Source: an uncultured delta proteobacterium
Lineage (GTDB): Bacteria; Myxococcota_A; Polyangia; Polyangiales; Polyangiaceae
NCBI GenBank assembly: GCA_963850305.1
Contig: CAWKKR010000007.1
Span: 1,063,936-1,127,935, forward strand
Reading direction: 5' to 3'
Length of the DNA: 64,000 bases
The notes under the pieces: model-generated
What the model saw: the letters and a program-made list of their open reading frames with translations, nothing else
What the model was told of the DNA's origin: nothing
Databases searched by the model: none
Shown: positions 54,792-64,000 of the stretch, in pieces
How the letters are laid out: each line of letters starts with the position of its first letter
Numbering within the stretch: the first letter of the stretch is position 1
Translations under genes and position numbers: made by a program

Positions 54792-56519
54792 ATGGCCGAT
54801 CCGGAGCTCGTTCTCGGGCGCGTATTTCGCGAGGCGCTCGGAGCCGCATTCGGCGCGGAGTACGACTCCGTCGATCCGTCGATTCGCGCGTCCCAGCACG
54901 CGGATTATCAGGCGAATGCGGCGCTCGGGCTCAAGGCGCGGCTCGGCAAGGCACCGCGGCAGATCGCCGAGGCGCTGGTCGCGACGCTCGTCGCGCCGGA
55001 GCTCATCGAGCGTGCGGACATCGCGGGTCCGGGGTTCATCAACGTCACGCTCCGCACCGAGTATCTCGCTCGCGAGCTGCGCGCCGTTGCGGAAGACCCG
55101 AGGCTCGGTCTGCCGCTCGCAACGCCCGCGGACACGGTGGTCATCGATTACTCGTCGCCCAACGTCGCGAAGGAGATGCACGTCGGGCACCTCCGGAGCA
55201 CCATCCTCGGGGATGCGCTCGCGCGAGTGCTCGAGGCCCTCGGGCATCGCGTGATCCGGCAGAACCATCTCGGCGATTGGGGCACGCCGTTCGGGATGCT
55301 CATCGAGCACCTGCTCGACGCGGGAGACGACGCTGCCGATCGCTCGATGGGCGAGCTCAAGGATTTCTACCAGGCCGCGCGGCAGAAGTTCGACGAGGAC
55401 CCCGCGTTCGCAGACCGTGCGCGCCGCCGCGTCGTGCTCCTTCAGGGGGGAGATGCGCCGACGCTCGAGCTCTGGAAACGGCTCGTCGGCGTCACCCTGA
55501 CGCACGCATCCGAGCTCTACGCGACGCTCGGCGTGACCCTTCGAGACGAGCACCTTGCAGGCGAGAGCTTCTACAATTCGCTTCTCGCGGACGTGGTCGC
55601 CGAGCTTCGTGCCAAAAACCTCGCAGTGGAGAGCGAGGGCGCGCTCTGCGTGTTTCCCCCGGGGTTCACCGGCCGCGACGGCGCGCCCGTGCCGCTCATC
55701 GTGCAGAAGCAAGACGGCGGCTACGGCTATGCGACGACCGATCTGGCCGCGATCCGCTACCGTCTCGCGACGCTCCACGCGACGCGCGTACTCGTCGTCG
55801 TGGGGGCCGAGCAGCACCAGCACTTCGCGATGGTCTTCGAGACGGCGAAGATGGCCGGCTGGCTCGCGCCCCCCGCTCGCGCGGAGCACGTTGCGTTCGG
55901 CCCCGTTCTCGGAACGGACGGGAAGATGTTCAAGACGCGCGCCGGACAATCCGTACGCCTGGTGGATCTGCTGAGCGAGGCCGTCGAACGCGCTCGCGCC
56001 GTCGTCGCCGAAAAGAACCCGGAGCTGGACCCGGCGACGCGACAAGCCGTCGCGCGCGCCATCGGCATCGGCGCCGTCAAGTACGCGGACCTCTCGAGCG
56101 ATCGGGTGAAGGGGTACGTGTTCGACTACGACCGCATGCTCGCGTTCGAGGGCAACACCGCGCCGTATCTGCAATACGCCCACGCACGCATCCGCTCCAT
56201 CTTTCGCAAGGGGAGCGAGAGCGTGCCCGAACCCTCGGCCATCCGGATCGCGGCGCCCGCGGAACGCGCGCTCGCGCTCACCGTCCTGCGGTTCCCGACG
56301 GCGGTCGCGAGCGTCGCGGAGGTGCTCGAGCCGCACAAGCTCTGCACCTACCTGTACGACCTCGCGACGTCGTTCTCCGCCTTCTACGAGGCATGCCCCG
56401 TGCTCAAGGCCGCGACCGACGAAGAACGACGTTCACGGCTCGCCCTCGCGGATCTGACGGCACGCGTGCTCGCGCGCGGCCTGGACGTCCTCGGTATCGC
56501 GGCTCCGGAGCGGATGTAG
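54792..56519 (+). CDS. argS: Arginine--tRNA ligase
   Basis: IDYSSPNVAKEMHVGHLRST, NHLGDWGT, YATTDLA, KMFKTR, FEGNTAPYLQYAHAR, C-terminal PERM. Confidence 0.97.
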   Translation: MADPELVLGRVFREALGAAFGAEYDSVDPSIRASQHADYQANAALGLKARLGKAPRQIAEALVATLVAPELIERADIAGPGFINVTLRTEYLARELRAVAEDPRLGLPLATPADTVVIDYSSPNVAKEMHVGHLRSTILGDALARVLEALGHRVIRQNHLGDWGTPFGMLIEHLLDAGDDAADRSMGELKDFYQAARQKFDEDPAFADRARRRVVLLQGGDAPTLELWKRLVGVTLTHASELYATLGVTLRDEHLAGESFYNSLLADVVAELRAKNLAVESEGALCVFPPGFTGRDGAPVPLIVQKQDGGYGYATTDLAAIRYRLATLHATRVLVVVGAEQHQHFAMVFETAKMAGWLAPPARAEHVAFGPVLGTDGKMFKTRAGQSVRLVDLLSEAVERARAVVAEKNPELDPATRQAVARAIGIGAVKYADLSSDRVKGYVFDYDRMLAFEGNTAPYLQYAHARIRSIFRKGSESVPEPSAIRIAAPAERALALTVLRFPTAVASVAEVLEPHKLCTYLYDLATSFSAFYEACPVLKAATDEERRSRLALADLTARVLARGLDVLGIAAPERM

Positions 56520-56522
56520 GCG

Positions 56523-57809
<1,287 letters not shown>

Positions 57810-57813
57810 GAAA

Positions 57814-57885
57814 GGGGGGTCTTGACCCCCGCGGCTCGCTTCGCGACCGCTCCCCCGCCGCCTTCGGCGGGCTCGCTTCGCTCGC
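57814..57885. repeat. Inverted copy of the 18.2 kb intergenic palindromic repeat
   Basis: Reverse complement agcgagcccgccgaaggcggcgggggagcggtcgcgaagcgagccgcggggg nearly matches 18243-18294. Confidence 0.85.
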
Positions 57886-57981
57886 GTAGTTCCGCACCGC
57901 TTTGATCCCTCGGGGACGACGTGCTCGTCGATGCGGAACTACTAACTGGCGGAGCCCCGGGTCGAGACTTATCGTCCCGGC

Positions 57982-58679
57982 ATGCAAATCCGACGCGCTG
58001 GAGAACGCGGCTTGGCCGATCACGGCTGGCTCCGGTCCTTCCACACATTTTCCTTCGCCGACTACCACGACCCGCGGCACATGGGTTTCAGGGCACTCCG
58101 TGTCATCAACGAGGACCGGGTTCAGCCTGGACGCGGGTTCGGAACGCACGGCCATCGCGACATGGAAGATCCTCTCGTACGTGCTCGAGGGGGAGCTCTC
58201 CCACAAGGACAGCATGGGCACCGGCTCCGTCATCCGGCCCGGTGACGTGCAACGCATGTCGGCAGGCACCGGGGTCGAGCACAGTGAGTTCAATGGGTCG
58301 AAGACGGAGCTCGTGCACTTTCTTCAGATCTCGGATCGTGCCCGACCGGCGTGGCCACGAACCCGGGTACGAGCAGAAGTCCTTTCCGAGCTCGGAGCGT
58401 GACGGCAAGTTTCGCGTCGCGGCATCGCCCGACGGCCGCGACGGCTCGGTGACGATGCATCAGGACGCGCTCCTGCTCGTCGGCAACTTCGGCGAAGGGC
58501 AATCCGCACGATACATGCTTGCTCCGGCGCGTCACGCGTGGGTCCACGTCGCGCGGGGCACCGTCGTTCTCAACGGCACGGTGCTCGAAGCGGGCGATGC
58601 GGCCGCCCTCGACGCGCCCGAGGGCGTCGACTTGACCGGCAAAGCTGCCGGGGAAGTGCTGCTCTTCGATCTGCCCTGA
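57982..58679 (+). CDS. Pirin family protein (YhhW-like), two frameshifts near 58168 and 58332
   Basis: [32 protein letters not shown] / [31 protein letters not shown] / [20 protein letters not shown]. Confidence 0.88.
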
Positions 58680-58686
58680 GCGGCTG

Positions 58687-59346
58687 TCACTCGGGATGGC
58701 GTCGTCGGCGCGCCGGGGGCCGGTGTGCGGGCGTTCCGGCGCGCGCACCCGCGAGCACGAGGTCGACGGTGGACTCCACGAGCTCCGGAGCCGCCGGCTT
58801 GCCCGTCTCCATCAGCTTGCGGAAGACGGAACCGAAGATGAGCTCGATCACCAGAGCAACGTTCGTCTGGCGAGGCAGCTCGCCCCGCCGGATGGCCTCC
58901 TCGATCACCGCATGGCGAACCCCGTAATGCTCTGCCTTCACGCTCACCATCATCTGCTCGACATCCGGGTGCGCACGCTCCGTGTGAAGCATGCGGATCA
59001 GTCCACGACCGACAGGCGATCGAGCGCGCTCCGTGTTGACGCGGAGCAGCTCGAGCAGGTCGTCCCGCACCGAGCCCGTGCGCGGTAGTTCGGGCGCCGC
59101 AGCGAAGTATCGGACAGCCGCCGCCACGAGCTCGAACTTCGCGGGCCACCGGCGATAGATGGTGGTCTTGTTCACCCCTGAGCGGATCGCCACGTCCTCG
59201 ACGCGCAGCCCGTCGTAGCCGGATCGGCCGACTTCTTCGATGGTCGCTCGCAGCACCTCTGCGACGACCCGCGCGCTCCTTCCGTGCGTACGCAGCCCCT
59301 CGGTACGACGAGATCCGGTCGGAGAGTGGGAGGAGGTAGGGCGCAT
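58687..59346 (-). CDS. TetR/AcrR family regulator, divergent from the efflux operon
   Basis: GYDGLRVEDVAIRSGVNKTTIYRRWPAK; TGSVRDDL. Confidence 0.92.
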   Translation of the reverse strand: MRPTSSHSPTGSRRTEGLRTHGRSARVVAEVLRATIEEVGRSGYDGLRVEDVAIRSGVNKTTIYRRWPAKFELVAAAVRYFAAAPELPRTGSVRDDLLELLRVNTERARSPVGRGLIRMLHTERAHPDVEQMMVSVKAEHYGVRHAVIEEAIRRGELPRQTNVALVIELIFGSVFRKLMETGKPAAPELVESTVDLVLAGARAGTPAHRPPARRRRHPE

Positions 59347-59390
59347 CGAGTGGGGTGAAAACGCGGGTTCCGTTCTCTCCGGACGGATTA

Positions 59391-59461
59391 TGGCAACGAC
59401 CAGTTGCCAAAGCAAGAACACGAGTCAATACTCGAGCCGCAATGGCAACCCGTGGTTGCCC
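59391..59461. promoter_or_regulatory. Two palindromic operators TGGCAAC-N5-GTTGCC[A/C] (59391-59409 and 59443-59461)
   Basis: Perfect and near-perfect inverted repeats between divergent tetR and emrA; the second abuts the AGGAG RBS. Confidence 0.75.
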
Positions 59462-59473
59462 TAGGAGCCTTCG

Positions 59474-60703
59474 ATGACGACCGTTGCCCGCGCCGGGATC
59501 GAACCCGAATCGCCCGCTCAATCCCAGAAGCAGCCCGTGAAGGCGGCCTCCAGGGGTCGCACCGTCGCCGCCGTGGCGGCGGTCGTCGTCGCGATTGGCG
59601 GATCGAGCTGGTATCTGCTCCACAGGGGGCTCGAGTCCACGGACGACGCTCAGGTGGACGCGGACGTCGTGGCCGTGCCGGCGCGGATCACCGGAATCGT
59701 CTCGAAGATAGACTTCGTCGAGAATCAGCGCGTGAAGGCCGGGGATCTCCTCGCCGAGCTGGACGCGGCGCCCGCGACGGCAAAGCTCGCGGAAGCGGAA
59801 GCCAACTACGCGTCCGCGAAGGCCACGGCCGACGCCATGGATGCGGAGGTGCAGGTGGCCCAGGCGAATGCCGTCGGCAACAAGTCCGTGGCGGAAGCCG
59901 GACTGCAGACGGCTGCGGTCGGAGTGACCTCGTTCTCCGATCAGATCCAGGAGGCCGAGGCGGACGTGAAGACCGCAGAGGCAAGCCTGTCGCAGGCGAC
60001 CACGGACTACGACCGCGCGAAGACGCTGTTCGAGAGCCAGTCCATCGCCAAGGCCGAGATGGATCGCGCGGAGACGGCACGTGACGTTGCGGAATCGAAC
60101 CTCGCGGCGGCGCGGGCGCGAGTCGCGACGTTCCGCGAGTCGGCGAATCAGGCGCGAAGCAAGGTCGTCGAAGCGTCGGCGCGGGTCAAGCAGTCGAGCC
60201 TCGTGGAACCCCTCGTGCGTCAGGCGCAAGCTCGGGCGGACGCGGCTCGCGCACAGGCCGAGACGGCACGCGCCGCGCGCGATCTGGCGGCGCTCGATCT
60301 CTCTTACACGAAGATCTTCGCGCCCCATGACGGCGTGGTGTCGAAGAAGGCGATAAGCGAGGGTCAATCCATCGCCGCGGGGCAGGCGATCGTCCAGCTC
60401 GTCACGCCGCAGATCTGGGTCACGGCGAACTTCAAGGAGACCCAGCTCGGGGACATGCGAGTCGGCCAACCCGCGGAGTTCACCGTGGACGCCTATGGCG
60501 GTACCGAGTTCCAGGGTGACGTGGAGAGCATCTCGGGGGCAACCGGGGCACGCTTCACGCTGCTCGCGCCTGACAACGCGTCCGGCAACTTCACCAAGGT
60601 CGTGCAGCGCATTCCCGTCCGGATCCACGTCAAGGACGCGAAGGGCGGCCTGGCGCTTCGTCCTGGCATGAGCGTCGATCTGACCGTCGACACCCGGAAG
60701 TGA
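59474..60703 (+). CDS. emrA: HlyD/EmrA family membrane fusion protein
   Basis: ESTDDAQV, IFAPHDGVV, WVTANFKETQL, LLAPDNASGNFTKVVQRIPVRI, LRPGMSV. Confidence 0.92.
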   Translation: MTTVARAGIEPESPAQSQKQPVKAASRGRTVAAVAAVVVAIGGSSWYLLHRGLESTDDAQVDADVVAVPARITGIVSKIDFVENQRVKAGDLLAELDAAPATAKLAEAEANYASAKATADAMDAEVQVAQANAVGNKSVAEAGLQTAAVGVTSFSDQIQEAEADVKTAEASLSQATTDYDRAKTLFESQSIAKAEMDRAETARDVAESNLAAARARVATFRESANQARSKVVEASARVKQSSLVEPLVRQAQARADAARAQAETARAARDLAALDLSYTKIFAPHDGVVSKKAISEGQSIAAGQAIVQLVTPQIWVTANFKETQLGDMRVGQPAEFTVDAYGGTEFQGDVESISGATGARFTLLAPDNASGNFTKVVQRIPVRIHVKDAKGGLALRPGMSVDLTVDTRK

Positions 60704-60715
60704 CGGGCCGCTGAC

Positions 60716-62284
60716 ATGACAGCCGCGGCTGCCGTTCCGTTCGAGGTCGAGACTCCCGTCAACAAGTGGGCGGTCGCCGTCGCCGTGGCGCTCGGCGCCC
60801 TGCTGGAGGTCATCGACACCAGTATCGTCAACGTCGCGCTTCCGCAGATCCAGGCGTCTCTCGGCGCGACGCTCACGGAAGTGAGCTGGGTCGTCTCGAG
60901 CTACGCGGTCGCCAACGTCATCATCTTGCCGCTCTCCGCGTGGCTTGGAACGCGGTTCGGCAAGAAGAACTACTTCGTCTTCTCCCTCGTCGGATTCACG
61001 GTGGCGTCGATGATGTGCGGCATGGCGACCTCGTTCTACATGCTCGTCGCCGCTCGCGTGATCCAGGGGCTTGCTGGTGGCGGCCTGCTCGCGAAAGCCC
61101 AGGCCATCCTCTTCGAGACGTTCCCGCGCGAGGAGCAGGCGATGGCGCAGGCGTTCTTTGGCGTCATCGTCATCGCGGGGCCCGCCATCGGTCCGACTCT
61201 CGGCGGCTATCTCGTCACGAACGTCGACTGGAGGTGGATCTTCTTCATCAATCTCCCCGTCGGTATCGCCGCGATGATGATGTGCCTCGCGGCTCTGCCG
61301 ACCGATCCGGTGAAACGCGACACCGGAGCGGTCGACTGGATCGCCCTCGCGATGCTCGCGGCAGGCCTCGGTTCGATGCAGACCGTGCTGGAAGAAGGCA
61401 ACACGGACGACTGGTTCGACTCTCCCTTCATCGTGGCGCTCACGCTGGTCATGGTGGTCGGCCTGGTGGGTCTCGTCTGGCGATGCCTCGTCTCTCGGAA
61501 CCCGGTCGTCGACTTCCGGGTCCTTCGTTACCGTTCGTTGTGGGCGGGGAGCGTACTCTCCATCATCGTCGGCATTGCCCTTTACGGCGCGCTCTTCGCG
61601 GTGCCCCTGTTCGCGCAGACGATGCTGGGCTTCACGTCCGAGCAAACGGGGATGTTGTTGCTCCCCGGCGCGCTCGCCTCCGCGGTCGCGATGCCGATTG
61701 CGGGCAAGCTGCTCAAGGTTCTGGATCCGCGGCTCGCGCTCATCGGGGGTTCGCTGATGCTGGTCACGTCGCTGTTTTTTCTGTCGGACCTGTCGCCTCA
61801 GACCGGGACGGACAACCTCTACTGGCCGCTCATCATCCGTTCCTTCGGGACGGTGCTCATGTTCCTGCCGCTCAGCCTCGCCACGCTGGGTCCGGTGCCG
61901 AAGAAGGACGTCTCGGCCGCGTCCGGGTTCTACAGCCTGACGCGGCAGCTCGGCGGCAGCATCGGTGTTGCGCTGCTCACGACGCTTCTCGCGCGGCGAC
62001 AGGCGTTCCATCGCTCCGTCTTGCTCGAGAAGGTCGTCGCGAGCAATCCGCTCACGTATGAGCGGCTCGCGGGGTTGCGCGGGCTCTTCATGAGCCACGG
62101 CTCCAGCCTCGCGGACGCGCAGACCAAAGCGCTCGTCGTTCTCGACCATACCGTCAGTGCGCAGGCGATGGTCATGTCGTTCGGGGACACGTTCGTGGCC
62201 ACGGCCGTGCTCATCGCAGTCTTCTTGCCGCTGGTGTTCCTGCTCGGCAAAGGCGGGGGCGCCGCTCCCGTCGATGCGCATTGA
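60716..62284 (+). CDS. emrB: DHA2 family MFS efflux transporter (EmrB/QacA)
   Basis: EVIDTSIVNVALP, WVVSSY, GPAIGPTLGGY, WRWIFFINLPVG, RQLGGSIG. Confidence 0.93.
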   Translation: MTAAAAVPFEVETPVNKWAVAVAVALGALLEVIDTSIVNVALPQIQASLGATLTEVSWVVSSYAVANVIILPLSAWLGTRFGKKNYFVFSLVGFTVASMMCGMATSFYMLVAARVIQGLAGGGLLAKAQAILFETFPREEQAMAQAFFGVIVIAGPAIGPTLGGYLVTNVDWRWIFFINLPVGIAAMMMCLAALPTDPVKRDTGAVDWIALAMLAAGLGSMQTVLEEGNTDDWFDSPFIVALTLVMVVGLVGLVWRCLVSRNPVVDFRVLRYRSLWAGSVLSIIVGIALYGALFAVPLFAQTMLGFTSEQTGMLLLPGALASAVAMPIAGKLLKVLDPRLALIGGSLMLVTSLFFLSDLSPQTGTDNLYWPLIIRSFGTVLMFLPLSLATLGPVPKKDVSAASGFYSLTRQLGGSIGVALLTTLLARRQAFHRSVLLEKVVASNPLTYERLAGLRGLFMSHGSSLADAQTKALVVLDHTVSAQAMVMSFGDTFVATAVLIAVFLPLVFLLGKGGGAAPVDAH

Positions 62285-62294
62285 GGCAGGGTCG

Positions 62295-63701
62295 CTATCG
62301 TTCGTGCGTCGTCTCGTCGGTAGCGTCCGCGCCGGTGGTCTCGACGACTTCCCGCTGTTCCGTCGCTACGCGCTGTTTCACGTCGGGCTCGTCCTCGACG
62401 CGCACACGTCGGGCGGCGCCACTCGAGGCCGTTGCGCGGTCGGGGGGCCCGTCCGTACCATAGAGCAGGTATAGCTGGAAGTTTCGCATCGACTCGCGCG
62501 CTGAATCACCGGCGCGCGCGGTGTCCTTGGCGGCCTCTCGCAGCTGATGCCCGAAGATCACGGAAAGGAGCGTGAGAAGGGTCGGAACGAGAACTCCGAG
62601 CGTCAGCGCGACCGCCATCATCGCGACGTTGATGACGAACAGAGCGACGACGAGCGGCGGTCCATGGAGCCGTCGCCCAGCGTGGCGGTTACGCCTCGCT
62701 CGTCTTGCTCGTTTGACTTCACGGCGTACCTGTTCGGCGATGGCCCGAGCCTGTTGGCGATGAGCCTCGGCCGCTTCCCGTGCTGCTCGTCGCGCCGCGT
62801 TCCGGAGGTTGTGCGTGTCCTGCTTGGACCACACCTCTCTGGGCCCGTACGACTCGCTTTCGCGCCGGGCCCTCGCGTCTCCGCCGGACGCGGTGCTCCT
62901 GCGGTTCGAGCGCTCGCTCTCACCGTCGAGTCGACCGAGCAGTACGTTGACGTCCGGCGCGCGGCGGTCGGGGTCGGGGTCGAGCATGCGCTCGAGCATG
63001 TGACGGAGGGCGGGGTCGAACCCCGGTGGCAGTGCGGCCCCCACGTCGATACCGAGTCCTCGATGCGGTAACTTATCCGGTTCCAGCCCCGTGATCATCC
63101 GCAGCGCCGTGGCGCCCACGCCGTACACGTCGGATTGAGGCAATGCGCGTCCCTGAAATTGCTCGGGCGCCATATACCCGTAGGTCCCCACGACCGTACT
63201 TCCGCCTTCGGGTTTCAGGCGGTCGCGCACGGCGCCGAAGTCCACCAGGACGAACGCCCCGTCCGGCCTTCGGATGATGTTCTTCGGATTGATGTCGCGA
63301 TGAAAGACGGGAGGTGAGCGACCGTGGAGATATCCCAGCACCGACCCCGCATCCCTCAGAAACCGGATCACGTCTTCGCGCGACAGCGCCGCGCCGCGCT
63401 CGAGCCTCGCGGCGAGGCTCTTTCCGTCGATCTTCTGCATCACCAGATAGAGCGCGCCGTCCTCCTCGAAGTGATCCACGTGCGCCGGGAGCAGGGGATG
63501 CGACAGCGTCTCCAGCACGGCCGCTTCGCGCTCGGCGAGCTCGACGTCCTTCCACGACGTCGCGCCCCGGACCGAGAATCGTTTGATCGCAACCGGAACG
63601 CCCTCGCGGCAGTCCAGGCCATCGAACGTTTCCCCTTGAGCCCCCGCGCCGAGCTTGCCCGTGATGCGGTAGCGACCCTCACGGAGGAGTTCGCTCGTCA
63701 T
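62295..63701 (-). CDS. Ser/Thr protein kinase with C-terminal membrane segment
   Basis: LGAGAQGET, VAIKR, HRDINPKN, DFG, GTYGYMAPE; hydrophobic LVVALFVINVAMMAVALTLGVLV. Confidence 0.9.
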   Translation of the reverse strand: MTSELLREGRYRITGKLGAGAQGETFDGLDCREGVPVAIKRFSVRGATSWKDVELAEREAAVLETLSHPLLPAHVDHFEEDGALYLVMQKIDGKSLAARLERGAALSREDVIRFLRDAGSVLGYLHGRSPPVFHRDINPKNIIRRPDGAFVLVDFGAVRDRLKPEGGSTVVGTYGYMAPEQFQGRALPQSDVYGVGATALRMITGLEPDKLPHRGLGIDVGAALPPGFDPALRHMLERMLDPDPDRRAPDVNVLLGRLDGESERSNRRSTASGGDARARRESESYGPREVWSKQDTHNLRNAARRAAREAAEAHRQQARAIAEQVRREVKRARRARRNRHAGRRLHGPPLVVALFVINVAMMAVALTLGVLVPTLLTLLSVIFGHQLREAAKDTARAGDSARESMRNFQLYLLYGTDGPPDRATASSGAARRVRVEDEPDVKQRVATEQREVVETTGADATDETTHER

Positions 63702-63884
63702 GCACCCTCTCGCGCGCCATGGAGGGACGGGCACGCCGCACTCGGGGTCATTGCCTCCAACATGGGCTCACTGGTCCGATTGGGCAACGGCCCCGCTGTA
63801 GGCCTTCTCGCCGAGCTTCGACATCCGCTCGAGCCGCGCGCCCTGACCCAGGCAGGAATGTAGGAAAACACCCCGTCTTCACGC

Positions 63885-63912
63885 TTGACGCCACCCCCCC
63901 CGCGGCTACTCT
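63885..63912 (+). promoter_or_regulatory. Putative sigma70 promoter of the tRNA gene (TTGACG-16-TACTCT, GC-rich discriminator)
   Basis: Hexamers ending 15 nt upstream of the tRNA 5' end. Confidence 0.6.
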
Positions 63913-63927
63913 CCCGCGTCCCTGAAT

Positions 63928-64000
63928 TCCAGAGTAGCTCAGTTGGTAGAGCAGGCGGCTGTTAACCGCCGGGTCCCTGGTTCGAGTCCAGGCTCTGGAG
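63928..64000 (+). tRNA. tRNA-Asn (GTT)
   Basis: Acceptor TCCAGAG/CTCTGGA plus G discriminator, D-arm TAGCTCAGTTGGTAGAGC, anticodon loop CT-GTT-AA in a GGCGG/CCGCC stem, T-loop GGTTCGAGTCC; CCA, if encoded, lies beyond the window. Confidence 0.97.

Noticed and set aside
59391..59409. TGGCA...TTGC as a sigma54 promoter
   Set aside because: GG-to-GC spacing is 12 nt, not 10; the perfect palindrome fits a TetR operator
58532..62281. 1249-aa minus-strand ORF and similar long antisense ORFs (5586..7445, 11072..13441, 33888..35564, 54222..56336)
   Set aside because: They lie antisense to well-supported genes, show no motifs, and are expected from stop-codon scarcity in high-GC DNA
63720..64000. 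tRNA-Asn as an integration site for an island in this window
   Set aside because: No integrase and no duplicated tRNA 3' end were seen; any island would lie downstream, outside the window

Overview
High-GC bacterial chromosome segment with a gene repertoire typical of Myxococcota, probably Polyangiaceae/Sorangiineae-like. This is inferred from many Gly/Cys-rich lipoproteins, three Hanks-type Ser/Thr kinases and an FHA-sigma54 activator. Housekeeping blocks are panB-aminotransferase-panC-tmk, ilvE, a 2-oxoacid dehydrogenase E1-alpha with lpdA, pspA, lysA, the rimP-nusA-ylxR/L7Ae-infB-DUF503-rbfA operon, argS, a TetR-controlled EmrAB-type pump and tRNA-Asn(GTT) at the right edge. No CRISPR array, transposase, integrase or prophage was seen. 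Frameshifts cluster at about 16.9-17.1, 24.8-26.7 and 56.9-58.4 kb and look like long-read indel errors rather than true pseudogenes. The best leads are: (i) a kinase-ATPase > FHA-bEBP > tandem palindromic sites + sigma54-type promoter > TetR module after rbfA; (ii) a cyclase-like/STAND-like protein with a degenerate Walker A coupled to pspA; (iii) a PLP aminotransferase between panB and panC, with no panD in the window; (iv) stand-alone secretion-system fragments (FlhB/SctU membrane domain, GspC-like PDZ lipoprotein); (v) a dispersed palindromic intergenic repeat family; (vi) an orphan octaheme lipoprotein. All family calls come from reading motifs by eye; no database search was run.
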